A DNA stretch of 64,000 nt. It comes from an uncultured Verrucomicrobiota bacterium (GTDB lineage Bacteria > Verrucomicrobiota > Verrucomicrobiia > Limisphaerales > AAA164-E04). The notes under the pieces are model-generated. The model was not told where the DNA came from. It saw only the letters and a list, made by a program, of their open reading frames with translations, and did not search any database. Shown piece by piece: positions 19,298 through 28,814 of the stretch. The stretch spans positions 62,267 through 126,266 of the forward strand of contig CAYFHO010000006.1 of NCBI GenBank assembly GCA_964342825.1, given 5' to 3'. How positions within the stretch are numbered: position 1 is the first letter of the stretch; each line of letters starts with the position of its first letter. Both the position numbers and the translations under genes were made by a program.

Positions 19298-22200
19298 CTA
19301 GTTTTTACCGCAGCACTGCTTATATTTTTTTCCACTTCCACAAGGGCAAGGATCATTCCGACCTACTTTTGGCCCTGTGCGAACTGGAGTTGCCTTGGCT
19401 ATGGCCTCATTGGCCTCACTCACAACCTCACTTGCCTTCTGAGTCTTGGATTCTTTGTTCTCAAAGGCAGTAGCCTCCTGGTGCACGGTGCGCTGTGGCA
19501 GTTTGCTCAGAAACTGCTGGAAGGCCATCAAACTGGATGCACTTCTAAATATATTGTGACATATCTCGGTTTTGATGTTCACCATCAATTCGTCGAAGAT
19601 CTTGAATGCCTCGCTCTTGTATTCGATCAAGGGATCCCTCTGCCCATAGGCGCGCAAACCAATGCTGTTACGCAATCCGTCCATGCTGTAGAGATGCTCC
19701 TGCCAAAGTTTATCGATCGCCCCCAGAATGGTGAAACGCTCCATCGACTTGAGGGCATCTTCGTTTTCGACACTGATCTTTAATTCATACGCCTGACGGA
19801 CGTTGTCCGATATAAGAGTAGCGACAGCAAATTGAGCGGGGCTCATCCCGTCAAAAAGGCTTCCAGCGACCGGCTCGTCCTGACCACCTTCAGCAGCTTC
19901 AATCAACTCTTCTTCGGGCATTCCCAGCGGGAAGTTAAGATTCACCCAATCCAGAAGGCCTCGAAGATTCCAATCTCGCACGTCCTCAGTGGAGGAAGAA
20001 AATTGCTGCACCTTTTGGACCGTGACCTCTTCCATGATGTCCATTAATTGATCCTGGACATTATCTGAATTCAGAACCTCATTGCGGAAACCATAAATGA
20101 TTTCACGCTGCTTGTTCATCACATCATCGTATTCCAAGGTGCGTTTTCGAATCTGGAAATTGTGTTGTTCGACACGCTTTTGAGCGGTTTCAATGGATCG
20201 GTTTAACAACGGATGTTCGAGTTCTTGACCTTCTTCAAGCCCCACCCTTTCCATCACTTTGACAATACGATCGGAACCAAACAATCGCATGAGATCATCC
20301 TCAAGCGAAATAAAGAAATGTGAAGAACCCGGATCCCCTTGTCGTGCACAACGACCGCGTAACTGGCGGTCGATACGCCGTGATTCATGACGTTCGGTTC
20401 CTATCACGTGAAGGCCACCCAAATCAGCAACACCGGCTCCCAGTTTGATATCAGTACCACGACCCGCCATATTGGTGGCAATCGTCACACCTCCTCTTTG
20501 TCCTGCTCGGGTGATAATTTCAGCTTCCTGCTGATGATATTTTGCATTCAGAACTGAGTGAATGATGCCCTCTTTTTTGAGCAGTCTGGAAATCAGTTCA
20601 CTGACCTCCACGGAAATGGTTCCAACCAGGATCGGGCGACCTTGCTTGTGAATTTCCTTAATCTCATTGACTGCAGCCTGGTATTTCTCACGCCTTGTCT
20701 TGTAAACGGAATCATTGGAATCTTTGCGTGCTACCGGTCGATTGGTAGGAATGACCAGGACACCCAGTTTGTAAATATCCAGAAACTCGCTGGCTTCCGT
20801 CTCGGCCGTACCGGTCATCCCGGCAAGCTTGGTGTACATTCGGAAATAGTTCTGGATGGTGATGGTCGCATAAGTCTGGGTTTCGCGCTTGATTTCAACA
20901 CCTTCTTTGGCCTCGACAGCCTGATGCAACCCGTCACTCCAACGACGCCCGGTCATCATACGCCCCGTGTTTTCATCCACAATGACAACCTCATTGTTCT
21001 GAACCACGTATTGAACATCCTTTTGATAAAGACAATAGGCTTTCAGAAGTTGAGAAATGGTGTGGATACGCTGAGCCTTCTTTTCAAAGTCGGACTGAGC
21101 CTTGGTCTTGGCATCCATCCGCTGCTTGAGATCCATTGATTGATCCGAATCAATTTCGTGATAGATCTCGGTCAAATCCGGAAGCACAAAAGCATCCGTG
21201 TCGTCAGGGCTTAAGAATCCACGTCCCTTTTCTGTCAGGTCAGCATCATGGCTTTTCTCATCCATGGCAAAGAACAGTTCCTCTTTTTGAGCATACAACT
21301 GTTTCTTGGTTTGGTCTGTGTGCAGGATGGATTCCGCCCTGTTCATCAGTTTGATGTTGTCGGGATTTTCCAGAATCCTTAGTAAGCGATCTGATTTGGG
21401 TTGCCCCAATTTGGCCTTGTAAAGAAGCAGGCCCAACTCATCTTCCAGCTCCTCTTTACCATCCGCAGGAACACCCTCTTCACTGTTAAATTTTTGAAGT
21501 ATGTCCTCGGCATTTTTTAAAAATTGATCGCACAGTTTCTGCTGACGAGTCACCAGGGATTGAATCGCTGGTTTGATTTGATCGTAGCTATGATCGTTAT
21601 TGACCACGGCAGGTCCGCTGATAATCAAGGGAGTTCTGGCTTCGTCCACCAGAATGGAGTCAACTTCATCGACAATCGCGAAGTAATGCCCTCGTTGGAC
21701 CTGTTCTTCCTGGCTTGTAGCCATCCCATTATCGCGAAGGTAATCAAATCCAAATTCTGAGTTGGTCCCGTAAGTAATATCGCAGTTGTATTGCTCTCGT
21801 CTGACGGCAGGTGGCTGATCGTGAACAATGCAACCAACAGTAAGACCCAGGAACTTGTAAACGGCCCCCATCCAGTCGCTGTCACGGGCTGCGAGGTAAT
21901 CGTTGACGGTCACAACATGAACCCCGCGTCCGGTTAGGGCGTTTAAATAAACAGGCAAGGTTCCTACCAACGTCTTACCCTCACCCGTGGCCATCTCAGC
22001 AATTTTACCAGTGTGGAGGGCCATCCCACCAATGAGCTGAACATCGAAAGGAACCATGTCCCATCGAATGGGGTGTCCTCGAACGATAACGTCCTGCCCA
22101 CACAGACGCCGACAGGCATTTTTCACAACCGCAAAGGCTTCAGGCATAATACCCTCAAGCTCTTTGGCAAGTTGATCGTTATCTTCAATGGCACTCAGTT

Positions 22201-22366
22201 TGGCTTTCCAGTCTGAGGTTTTTTGCCTGAGATCGTCATCCGAAAGACTTTGAAGAGAAGTTTCAATCTCATTGATCTGGGCAACATACTGGCTCAACCT
22301 GCGTACTTCGCGGTCGTTGGCTGTGCCAAAAATTTTCTTAAAAACTGATTTTACGGTTCCAATCAT
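19298..22366 (-). CDS. secA: preprotein translocase ATPase SecA
   Basis: 1022 aa. MATGEGKTLV Walker A, DEVDSILVDEARTPLIISG, TNMAGRGTDI, and the C-terminal zinc motif CPCGSGKKYKQCCG. Confidence 0.97.
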   Translation of the reverse strand: MIGTVKSVFKKIFGTANDREVRRLSQYVAQINEIETSLQSLSDDDLRQKTSDWKAKLSAIEDNDQLAKELEGIMPEAFAVVKNACRRLCGQDVIVRGHPIRWDMVPFDVQLIGGMALHTGKIAEMATGEGKTLVGTLPVYLNALTGRGVHVVTVNDYLAARDSDWMGAVYKFLGLTVGCIVHDQPPAVRREQYNCDITYGTNSEFGFDYLRDNGMATSQEEQVQRGHYFAIVDEVDSILVDEARTPLIISGPAVVNNDHSYDQIKPAIQSLVTRQQKLCDQFLKNAEDILQKFNSEEGVPADGKEELEDELGLLLYKAKLGQPKSDRLLRILENPDNIKLMNRAESILHTDQTKKQLYAQKEELFFAMDEKSHDADLTEKGRGFLSPDDTDAFVLPDLTEIYHEIDSDQSMDLKQRMDAKTKAQSDFEKKAQRIHTISQLLKAYCLYQKDVQYVVQNNEVVIVDENTGRMMTGRRWSDGLHQAVEAKEGVEIKRETQTYATITIQNYFRMYTKLAGMTGTAETEASEFLDIYKLGVLVIPTNRPVARKDSNDSVYKTRREKYQAAVNEIKEIHKQGRPILVGTISVEVSELISRLLKKEGIIHSVLNAKYHQQEAEIITRAGQRGGVTIATNMAGRGTDIKLGAGVADLGGLHVIGTERHESRRIDRQLRGRCARQGDPGSSHFFISLEDDLMRLFGSDRIVKVMERVGLEEGQELEHPLLNRSIETAQKRVEQHNFQIRKRTLEYDDVMNKQREIIYGFRNEVLNSDNVQDQLMDIMEEVTVQKVQQFSSSTEDVRDWNLRGLLDWVNLNFPLGMPEEELIEAAEGGQDEPVAGSLFDGMSPAQFAVATLISDNVRQAYELKISVENEDALKSMERFTILGAIDKLWQEHLYSMDGLRNSIGLRAYGQRDPLIEYKSEAFKIFDELMVNIKTEICHNIFRSASSLMAFQQFLSKLPQRTVHQEATAFENKESKTQKASEVVSEANEAIAKATPVRTGPKVGRNDPCPCGSGKKYKQCCGKN

Positions 22367-22579
22367 TGGGTTGATAAAGCGTCTTTACATCAATAGCAGC
22401 AAGCCCTCGGGGCTGGCGACAAGCGACCAAAACTAGGACATTGAAAGGAGTGCGTCAAAGCAATAAAGAGAAATGAAACCGAAGCGGTAAGGGGATATTT
22501 TCCAGCAAAGAAAATTCGATTGCAGTTTGACCGAAACCGAGATCTTGCGGCATTTCGAGCCAGGAATTCGCAAACTGAC

Positions 22580-22786
22580 TCAATTCGGTCGATAACCCAG
22601 CAGTCGTGAGGGTAAGAATAGGATCGATTTGAGCAGCGTGAAGACCGCATCAAGAGTTAATCCTATTAACCTAAACGGGATGGAAAGCAACCAGACGACC
22701 GGAAACAGAACCAAGGCAAGCAATGCCAGTGGCCAGCACAGAATAAGAAGGATCAACCATCCTATGGTTATTAAGAAAAGGTTCAT
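22580..22786 (-). CDS. small two-TM membrane protein (68 aa), hypothetical
   Basis: Two clear hydrophobic helices (ITIGWLILLILCWPLALLALVLFPVVWLL; LIGLTLDAVFTLLKSILFL). ATG start. Same strand as secA, 213 nt upstream. Confidence 0.5.
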   Translation of the reverse strand: MNLFLITIGWLILLILCWPLALLALVLFPVVWLLSIPFRLIGLTLDAVFTLLKSILFLPSRLLGYRPN

Positions 22787-22959
22787 CTAATGGAAATTGT
22801 GCATCTGGTGACAGTTTTTGTCAAATTTCAGGTGAATCACGATATTTAATTTCTGCTAGAGGTGAATGGGGCGTTTCCGTTTGCGGAAACTTCAAATGTG
22901 CCTGATCGTTTATTCTGCATGCCGCTCAATTACAAAAATTCCCCTTCAATGATTGGGTA

Positions 22960-22997
22960 AAATAAAAAACCAGGCGCACTCACAAGAATGCGCCTGG
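22960..22997 (-). terminator. rho-independent terminator of the His-rich protein gene
   Basis: On the minus strand: 9-bp stem ccaggcgca / tgcgcctgg followed by ttttttattt. Confidence 0.8.
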
Positions 22998-23050
22998 TTG
23001 TGAGCAGGAGCCGGTCAGCAAGAAAAACCGGCCCATGAGCAAATGGTCGC

Positions 23051-23902
23051 TTAATCGTGCCTGGAATGTTTATCGTGCAGTTTTTCTTCCAGTCTCTCCA
23101 ATCGGTGAGCGTTCTCATTCAGGGCACGTTCGAAATGCTCCAAATGTTCTCTCACTTCGTTAAATCGATGTTCCACACCTTGCATCAACTCACGCATGTG
23201 ATCATGAACCCTGTTTTCACCATGATGCCTTTCATTTTCCATTCGTTGATGAAACTCTCTTTCGAGATGTTCTGCAGCCTCGTGCCAACCAGCTGCATTC
23301 AAGTGCTCAATCGCGATGCGAATGTGGTCCTCGCGGGAAATTTCACGCCGATCTCGTCGTTCGTCATGGTCCCTGTGTATGCGATGTTCCCTTTCTTCGT
23401 GTTCCCCATCCCTGTCTTTACGGACAACAACTCTGCGGGTCTCGACCACATGCCCTCGATGGCCCCCTTCTCGGGATGAATCTTTCAGTTGAGAAGTCAG
23501 CTTTCGGATATGACGATGGATTTCCTCGGCTTCCTCGTGCCTTCCTTCACGATGAAGGTGCTCCATCTTTTCTTCCATTCCGTGCAATTTGGCTTTCAAT
23601 GCCTTGGAACGATCCATTTCTGCATTTTTCTGAGCATGCTGACGTTCAAACTTGGCTAATCTCTTCTTGAAAATCTCATAACCTTCTTTGGCCTTGTGAA
23701 CCAATTCTTCCGCAGCCTCATGTTTACCAATGGCTTTCATGTCAGCAGCCTTGGCTCGAAGCTCGGCAATGTGCTCTTTCATCTCGGCGAGCTGGGCTTT
23801 TTGATTTCGCAATTCTTCGTGCTCGTCAGCTTGCAAACTAAAACTTGTTCCGTTCAGGAAAAGGCAGCCTGCTACTAAAATGGATTGGGTGATATGCTTC
23901 AT
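23051..23902 (-). CDS. exported His/Glu/Arg-rich coiled-coil protein, unknown function
   Basis: 283 aa with signal peptide (VAGCLFLNGTSFSLQA). Extremely charged and His-rich. Three copies of a G-x-HE(A/E)AE(E/H) motif. Confidence 0.75.
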   Translation of the reverse strand: MKHITQSILVAGCLFLNGTSFSLQADEHEELRNQKAQLAEMKEHIAELRAKAADMKAIGKHEAAEELVHKAKEGYEIFKKRLAKFERQHAQKNAEMDRSKALKAKLHGMEEKMEHLHREGRHEEAEEIHRHIRKLTSQLKDSSREGGHRGHVVETRRVVVRKDRDGEHEEREHRIHRDHDERRDRREISREDHIRIAIEHLNAAGWHEAAEHLEREFHQRMENERHHGENRVHDHMRELMQGVEHRFNEVREHLEHFERALNENAHRLERLEEKLHDKHSRHD

Positions 23903-24039
23903 AATACCTGGGAATACTCTAACTTATCATTGTATTAAAATTAGGACCCCAAAATCAAAAATTCGTTCAAAATAGAATTTATTTCGCATTTGGCATCCTG
24001 TAGAGCCTAAGGTATGCGACCAAGAATTCAACCACTTCC

Positions 24040-24630
24040 ATGGAAAATAACAAGATGGTCATCCAAGCCAAAGTTGAGCTCCGGAAAGTGCAACTCAGTG
24101 CCGCCAGGAATCTCAACCCCAAAGATCGAGAGATTCAATCCCGGAGAATTGTGGAGCAAATTAAATCGCATCCTATGTGGCCTCAATCGGATACAGTGTT
24201 CGGGTTCATGCCTATGAAGGACGAACCGGACCTTTTACCTCTTCTTAAAGATGTTTTGGATCTCGGAAAAAAATTGTGCCTGCCCCGTTTCCATCCGGAG
24301 GAAAACACTTACAAACCTGCAATTATCGCGGATATGGATCGAGATTTGGCTCCGGGAAAATTTGGTATCCTGGAACCAACTCCAAAGTGCTCAACCTTGA
24401 ATAGCTCACACATGGACTTGACCTTGGTACCTGGTTTGGCGTTTGATAGCAAAGGATGGCGTCTAGGAAGGGGAAAGGGATTCTATGATCGGGTATTAGG
24501 GGTATTGGATGGCGTCCGATTTGGAATTGCATTGAACCATCAGTGGGTCAAAGCCGTTCCTCACGAAACTTTGGATCAGAAAATGGATTGGATCATCACT
24601 CCCTCCCTGGTGGCGAAAGCCTCAGATTAG
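24040..24630 (+). CDS. 5-formyltetrahydrofolate cyclo-ligase
   Basis: 196 aa. GFMPMKDEPD, LPRF, GILEP, and the DLTLVPGLAFDSKGWRLGRGKGFYD signature. Confidence 0.85.
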   Translation: MENNKMVIQAKVELRKVQLSAARNLNPKDREIQSRRIVEQIKSHPMWPQSDTVFGFMPMKDEPDLLPLLKDVLDLGKKLCLPRFHPEENTYKPAIIADMDRDLAPGKFGILEPTPKCSTLNSSHMDLTLVPGLAFDSKGWRLGRGKGFYDRVLGVLDGVRFGIALNHQWVKAVPHETLDQKMDWIITPSLVAKASD

Positions 24631-24644
24631 GGTGTGAACGTGTC

Positions 24645-26207
24645 ATGTTAATTGCGGTATTGAATACGGAATCTCTGCTTTGGTTGGCAGTGGGTTCCTT
24701 ATTAGGCTGCATATTTTGTTATCTCTGGACTCAACGCCAGCAACGAATATGGCAGCAAGACAAGGCGTCACTTTTGAATCAGGCAAAAGTGGAAGCCGAA
24801 GGCTTGCTTTCAAAGGCTCAAGAGAAGGCCGAGTCGGAATCCCAGGCTCTTAGATCAAAAGTTGAGCGTGAATCAGAATCCATTCGCAGCGAACTATCGC
24901 AGAAGGAGACTCGGCTCAATGAACGCGAATCCTTGATCAATCGACAACTTGAAGGGCTCGTGAAGCAGGAACAAATGCTCCAGAGCCAGCAATCAAGCAT
25001 CCTCAAGCAGCAAGAATCACTCAAAAACCAGGAAACCGCACTGGACGAGGAACTCACCAAGGCAAAAGAAAAACTTGAGGCCATTGCGAGGCTCAATGAA
25101 TCGGAAGCTCGGGACATCCTGCTGAAGGAGGTTGAAAATGCCAGCCTGAAAGATGCGCAGGAACTAAGTCGGCACATCATGGAGGATGCCAAACGTGATG
25201 CGGAGGCTGAAGCTCGCCGGGTCATCGGTCTGGCCATCCAGCGTTATGCCGGGGAACACACTTTCGATTGTACAACCTCCACCGTTGCTCTGACCGGAGA
25301 TGATCTCAAAGGAAGAATTATCGGCAGAGAGGGAAGAAACATCCGAGCTTTTGAGGCTGCAACAGGAGTGACAGTACTGATTGATGACACTCCCAATGCT
25401 GTTGTGCTTTCTGCTTTTGATCCTGTTCGCCGAGAGATCGCCAGAGAAGCCATGAGCCGTTTGATAGCGGATGGACGTATTCATCCATCGCGAATCGAGG
25501 AAGTTGTCCATAAGGTAGAGGAAGAGATTGAAGAAACTGTCGTGCGGCTGGGTGAAGAAGCTACTTACCGGACCGGTATCCCTCCTCTTCATCCCGAGGT
25601 AACGAAAACACTCGGGCGATTACATTTCAGAAACAGTTTTTCTCAAAACGTCCTGAACCATTCCGTCGAAGTGGCTCATTTGACGGGACTCATGGCCACC
25701 GAACTTGGACTGGATATATCCGAAGCCAAAAAATCGGGACTGCTTCACGACATCGGCAAAGCGATCAACCACGAGATGGAAGGCTCACATGCCATCATTG
25801 GTGCAGAATACATACGCACCCATGGAGAAAAAGATCCGGTTGTCAATGCCGTCGCTGCTCATCATGACGAAGTGCCTCACACATCCGTATATGGCATTCT
25901 GGTCAGTGCAGCAGATGCCATCAGCGCCTCAAGGCCGGGGGCAAGATCTGAAAGCATGACCACCTATCTGCAGCGCCTTCAAAACCTGGAAGACATTGGC
26001 AAGTCCTTTGATGGCGTAGAAAAATGCTTTGCCGTTCAGGCTGGCCGAGAAATGAGAGTGGTCGTTTCACCCGAGGTAATCACCGATGAACAGGCCTTTG
26101 ATTTATCACGAAAACTGGCCCGAAGAATTGAAGACGAGCTTCAATACCCTGGTCAAATTCGGATCACAGTCATTCGTGAAACCCGGTGCATCGAATTTGC
26201 GAAGTAA
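24645..26207 (+). CDS. rny: ribonuclease Y
   Basis: N-terminal TM helix, long coiled coil, KH domain (LKGRIIGREGRNIRAFE), and HD domain (LLHDIGKA..HH). Start at the ATG at 24645. Confidence 0.93.
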   Translation: MLIAVLNTESLLWLAVGSLLGCIFCYLWTQRQQRIWQQDKASLLNQAKVEAEGLLSKAQEKAESESQALRSKVERESESIRSELSQKETRLNERESLINRQLEGLVKQEQMLQSQQSSILKQQESLKNQETALDEELTKAKEKLEAIARLNESEARDILLKEVENASLKDAQELSRHIMEDAKRDAEAEARRVIGLAIQRYAGEHTFDCTTSTVALTGDDLKGRIIGREGRNIRAFEAATGVTVLIDDTPNAVVLSAFDPVRREIAREAMSRLIADGRIHPSRIEEVVHKVEEEIEETVVRLGEEATYRTGIPPLHPEVTKTLGRLHFRNSFSQNVLNHSVEVAHLTGLMATELGLDISEAKKSGLLHDIGKAINHEMEGSHAIIGAEYIRTHGEKDPVVNAVAAHHDEVPHTSVYGILVSAADAISASRPGARSESMTTYLQRLQNLEDIGKSFDGVEKCFAVQAGREMRVVVSPEVITDEQAFDLSRKLARRIEDELQYPGQIRITVIRETRCIEFAK

Positions 26208-26371
26208 CTCCCCTCCTCCTTTCCAACTGGTCAATTTATCACCGACCAGTAACCTCGAGTCGGTGAATCTTTAAATATTGATCAACGAAACTCCGGTTTG
26301 TGCCGATAGATCATAGAGATCAAGTCGAAACAAGTGATCTAAACAAACGATCCAACGGACTGGAGAATGAA

Positions 26372-26539
26372 ATGAGAAGCGAAATATCAAGCCCAAGCGA
26401 CAAGGACGATAACTTGGTTCACCTCTATCAAGACATCATGCAATGTGAAGAAGACCATGCCAAATCTGTGCTACTCCTGCTCAGCGAAGTGATGGTCCAT
26501 CAAGAAACACCTCTGCCTGGATCAACCAGCCAGGGCTGA
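26372..26539 (+). CDS. small acidic hypothetical protein (55 aa)
   Basis: ORF only. No recognisable motif and weak support. Confidence 0.25.
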   Translation: MRSEISSPSDKDDNLVHLYQDIMQCEEDHAKSVLLLLSEVMVHQETPLPGSTSQG

Positions 26540-26614
26540 TGGATGGGTACTGGTTACAATTTCCGCTAAAATCTATCATGGATCGTCTGCGCTTTTTGCT
26601 GCAGACTGACATCC

Positions 26615-26818
26615 ATGCAGAAATACGAATACAAATTTGTCAGATTGGGTGAAGGGTGGTTGAGTGCTCGTCGATCAGCAGAAAACGATTATCAGGAAAT
26701 CGTCCGCACCCATGCCAGAGAAGGATGGAGATTGGTCCAGGTCTTTGCACCAGGCACCGGTGCCTATGGTGCTTCAAAGTACTATGAAATCATATTTGAA
26801 AAGCCATGCGATTCTTAA
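26615..26818 (+). CDS. DUF4177 domain protein
   Basis: 67 aa. The pattern MQKYEYKFVRL...EGWRLVQVF...YYEIIFEKP matches DUF4177. Confidence 0.7.
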   Translation: MQKYEYKFVRLGEGWLSARRSAENDYQEIVRTHAREGWRLVQVFAPGTGAYGASKYYEIIFEKPCDS

Positions 26819-27007
26819 TTCGGTCTTCAAAATGATGACTTCATCTTAAAAAGATTGTTTCTCACCTTCGGATTCCGGAAGCCCCCTTGCTTCCCGACTG
26901 AACAAAGTCGCCAAAATAGAACAGATAGTTTGACCCAATTCATCCAACCGGGTTAAACCATCTTGTATATCAACACCCCGAGGCCATCTGACAGGGGTAA
27001 ACCGGAC

Positions 27008-27970
27008 ATGAAAAGCACCATCACCATTCATGATACCTTTCGCTATGAATTAACGCGAAAGATCGCTGAAGGTGGAATGGGGGTGGTGTATGAAGCACAG
27101 CAATATGGAGCCCACGAGTTCACCAAGACAGTTGCCATCAAGCTCATCAAAGAAGGTTTTCTCGATCAACCCATGTTTCTCAAAAATTTTATTGGAGAAG
27201 CAAAATTGGTGGCCAATCTGATTCACACCAACATTGTTCAGACCTATCACTTGGGAGAATCCGATGGGAAATATTACATTGCCATGGAATACATCCGCGG
27301 CATGAATCTGGAGCAACTGCTCCAATTGATGGATTCCAATGGTCGCTCTCTACCTCCCGAATTGGCCGTGTTCATTGCGAGTCGAATCTCCAGAGGCTTG
27401 GCATACGCGCATCAAAAGACCGACGTAAATGGAATTCCGCTCAACATCGTTCATAGGGATGTGAGTTTGAAAAATGTAATGGTTGCTTACGAAGGAGATG
27501 TCAAGCTAACCGATTTTGGCATAGCGAAAGCGGCCGGATATTTGATCGATCAGGAGGGTGAAGTAGCGGCTGGTAAAGCAGATTTCATGAGCCCGGAACA
27601 AGCGGATTTCGGCATCACGGACGCTCGTTCTGATCTATTCTCAACCGGAATCGTACTGGCCTGCTTGTTGCTGGGACGGAATCCCTTCACTGGAGAAAAC
27701 GCCGCAGATTCCAGGAACAACATTCTCACGATGCCGATCCCTGATTTCCGTAAGGAATCGACGAACATCACAGATGAGTTGAACGAAATCCTTCAACGAC
27801 TCCTGGATCGGGACATCAGCCAGCGTTACACCTCCGCTGAATCTGTCCTTCACGATCTGGAATACCATATCTATCGACATGGATATGGTCCTACGAACGA
27901 AACTCTTGGTAAATTCGTCAGAAGTCTGGAGGGAAACCTTCCGCGTTCAAATTCCCATGAAAGCCTTTAA
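27008..27970 (+). CDS. Ser/Thr protein kinase, catalytic domain only (320 aa)
   Basis: GGMGVVYEA Gly-loop, VAIKLIK, HRDVSLKNVMV catalytic loop, LTDFGIAKA, MSPEQ. No TM or sensor domain. Confidence 0.85.
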   Translation: MKSTITIHDTFRYELTRKIAEGGMGVVYEAQQYGAHEFTKTVAIKLIKEGFLDQPMFLKNFIGEAKLVANLIHTNIVQTYHLGESDGKYYIAMEYIRGMNLEQLLQLMDSNGRSLPPELAVFIASRISRGLAYAHQKTDVNGIPLNIVHRDVSLKNVMVAYEGDVKLTDFGIAKAAGYLIDQEGEVAAGKADFMSPEQADFGITDARSDLFSTGIVLACLLLGRNPFTGENAADSRNNILTMPIPDFRKESTNITDELNEILQRLLDRDISQRYTSAESVLHDLEYHIYRHGYGPTNETLGKFVRSLEGNLPRSNSHESL

Positions 27971-28805
27971 TTCTGTTTGGATCACAGGGGCGGGTGGATT
28001 GATTGGTAATCAAGTCGTAAAAACCTGTCCCTCCAATTTCAACCCAATTGGCTTAAGACGTGAGAGTCTGGATTTGCTGGATCATGCAAGTGTGGAAAAT
28101 CGTTTTCGGAAGGACCAACCCGTTGCCATCATCCATTGCGCAGCCATCAGCAGCAATCCATTTTGCCAGGAACATCCTGAACTCGCACAGAAAACCAACG
28201 TCGAATTGACACGCTTTCTGGCATCGCTCGCAGAAAGTATCCCTTTTGTCTTCTTATCAACGGATCTGGTTTTTAATGGCACCAAGGGTTACTATGTTGA
28301 AACAGATCAACCTCACCCTTTGAGCAAGTATGGAGAAACCAAAGCTGAAGCAGAAACATATGTCCTGACGAACAAAAGGCACACGATCATTAGAACCTCG
28401 TTGAATGGAGGCACCTCGCCCACGGGTAACAGAGGATTTAACGAAAACCTCCATGAGATCATTCGTTCGGGAAGGACGATGACTTTGTTCACCGATGAAT
28501 TCAGAAGTCCGATCTCGGCTCATGTCACCGCGTTGGCTCTTTGGGAAATTCTGAACCTAAAGCTGACCGGCATCCTTCACCTCTCTGGCGCGGAACGATT
28601 GTCTCGCTTTGAAATCGGGCGTTTATTGACGGAACATTGGGGCGAAGGAAAGGAGCAGATTCAGGAAGGTTCTTTGAAAGAATTCAAAGGGCCTCCACGT
28701 GCTGCGGATACCACGCTATGCTGTGAAAAACTCCAATCCAAATTATCCTTTCCCCTGCCCAGGTTCAGTCGATGGCTTCAGGACAATCCAGAAGATCCAT
28801 TCTGA
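27957..28805 (+). CDS. RmlD-like SDR (dTDP-4-dehydrorhamnose reductase family)
   Basis: WITGAGGLIGNQV, STDLVFNG, YGETKAEAE (YxxxK). Its ATG at 27957 overlaps the kinase stop by 14 nt. Confidence 0.8.
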   Translation: MKAFNSVWITGAGGLIGNQVVKTCPSNFNPIGLRRESLDLLDHASVENRFRKDQPVAIIHCAAISSNPFCQEHPELAQKTNVELTRFLASLAESIPFVFLSTDLVFNGTKGYYVETDQPHPLSKYGETKAEAETYVLTNKRHTIIRTSLNGGTSPTGNRGFNENLHEIIRSGRTMTLFTDEFRSPISAHVTALALWEILNLKLTGILHLSGAERLSRFEIGRLLTEHWGEGKEQIQEGSLKEFKGPPRAADTTLCCEKLQSKLSFPLPRFSRWLQDNPEDPF

Positions 28806-28814
28806 TCAAGATCC

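Noticed and set aside
22390-22653. 87-aa ORF in the secA leader.
   Set aside because: The Arg/Ser/Cys-rich translation has no protein-like features. It overlaps the better-supported small membrane ORF in another frame.
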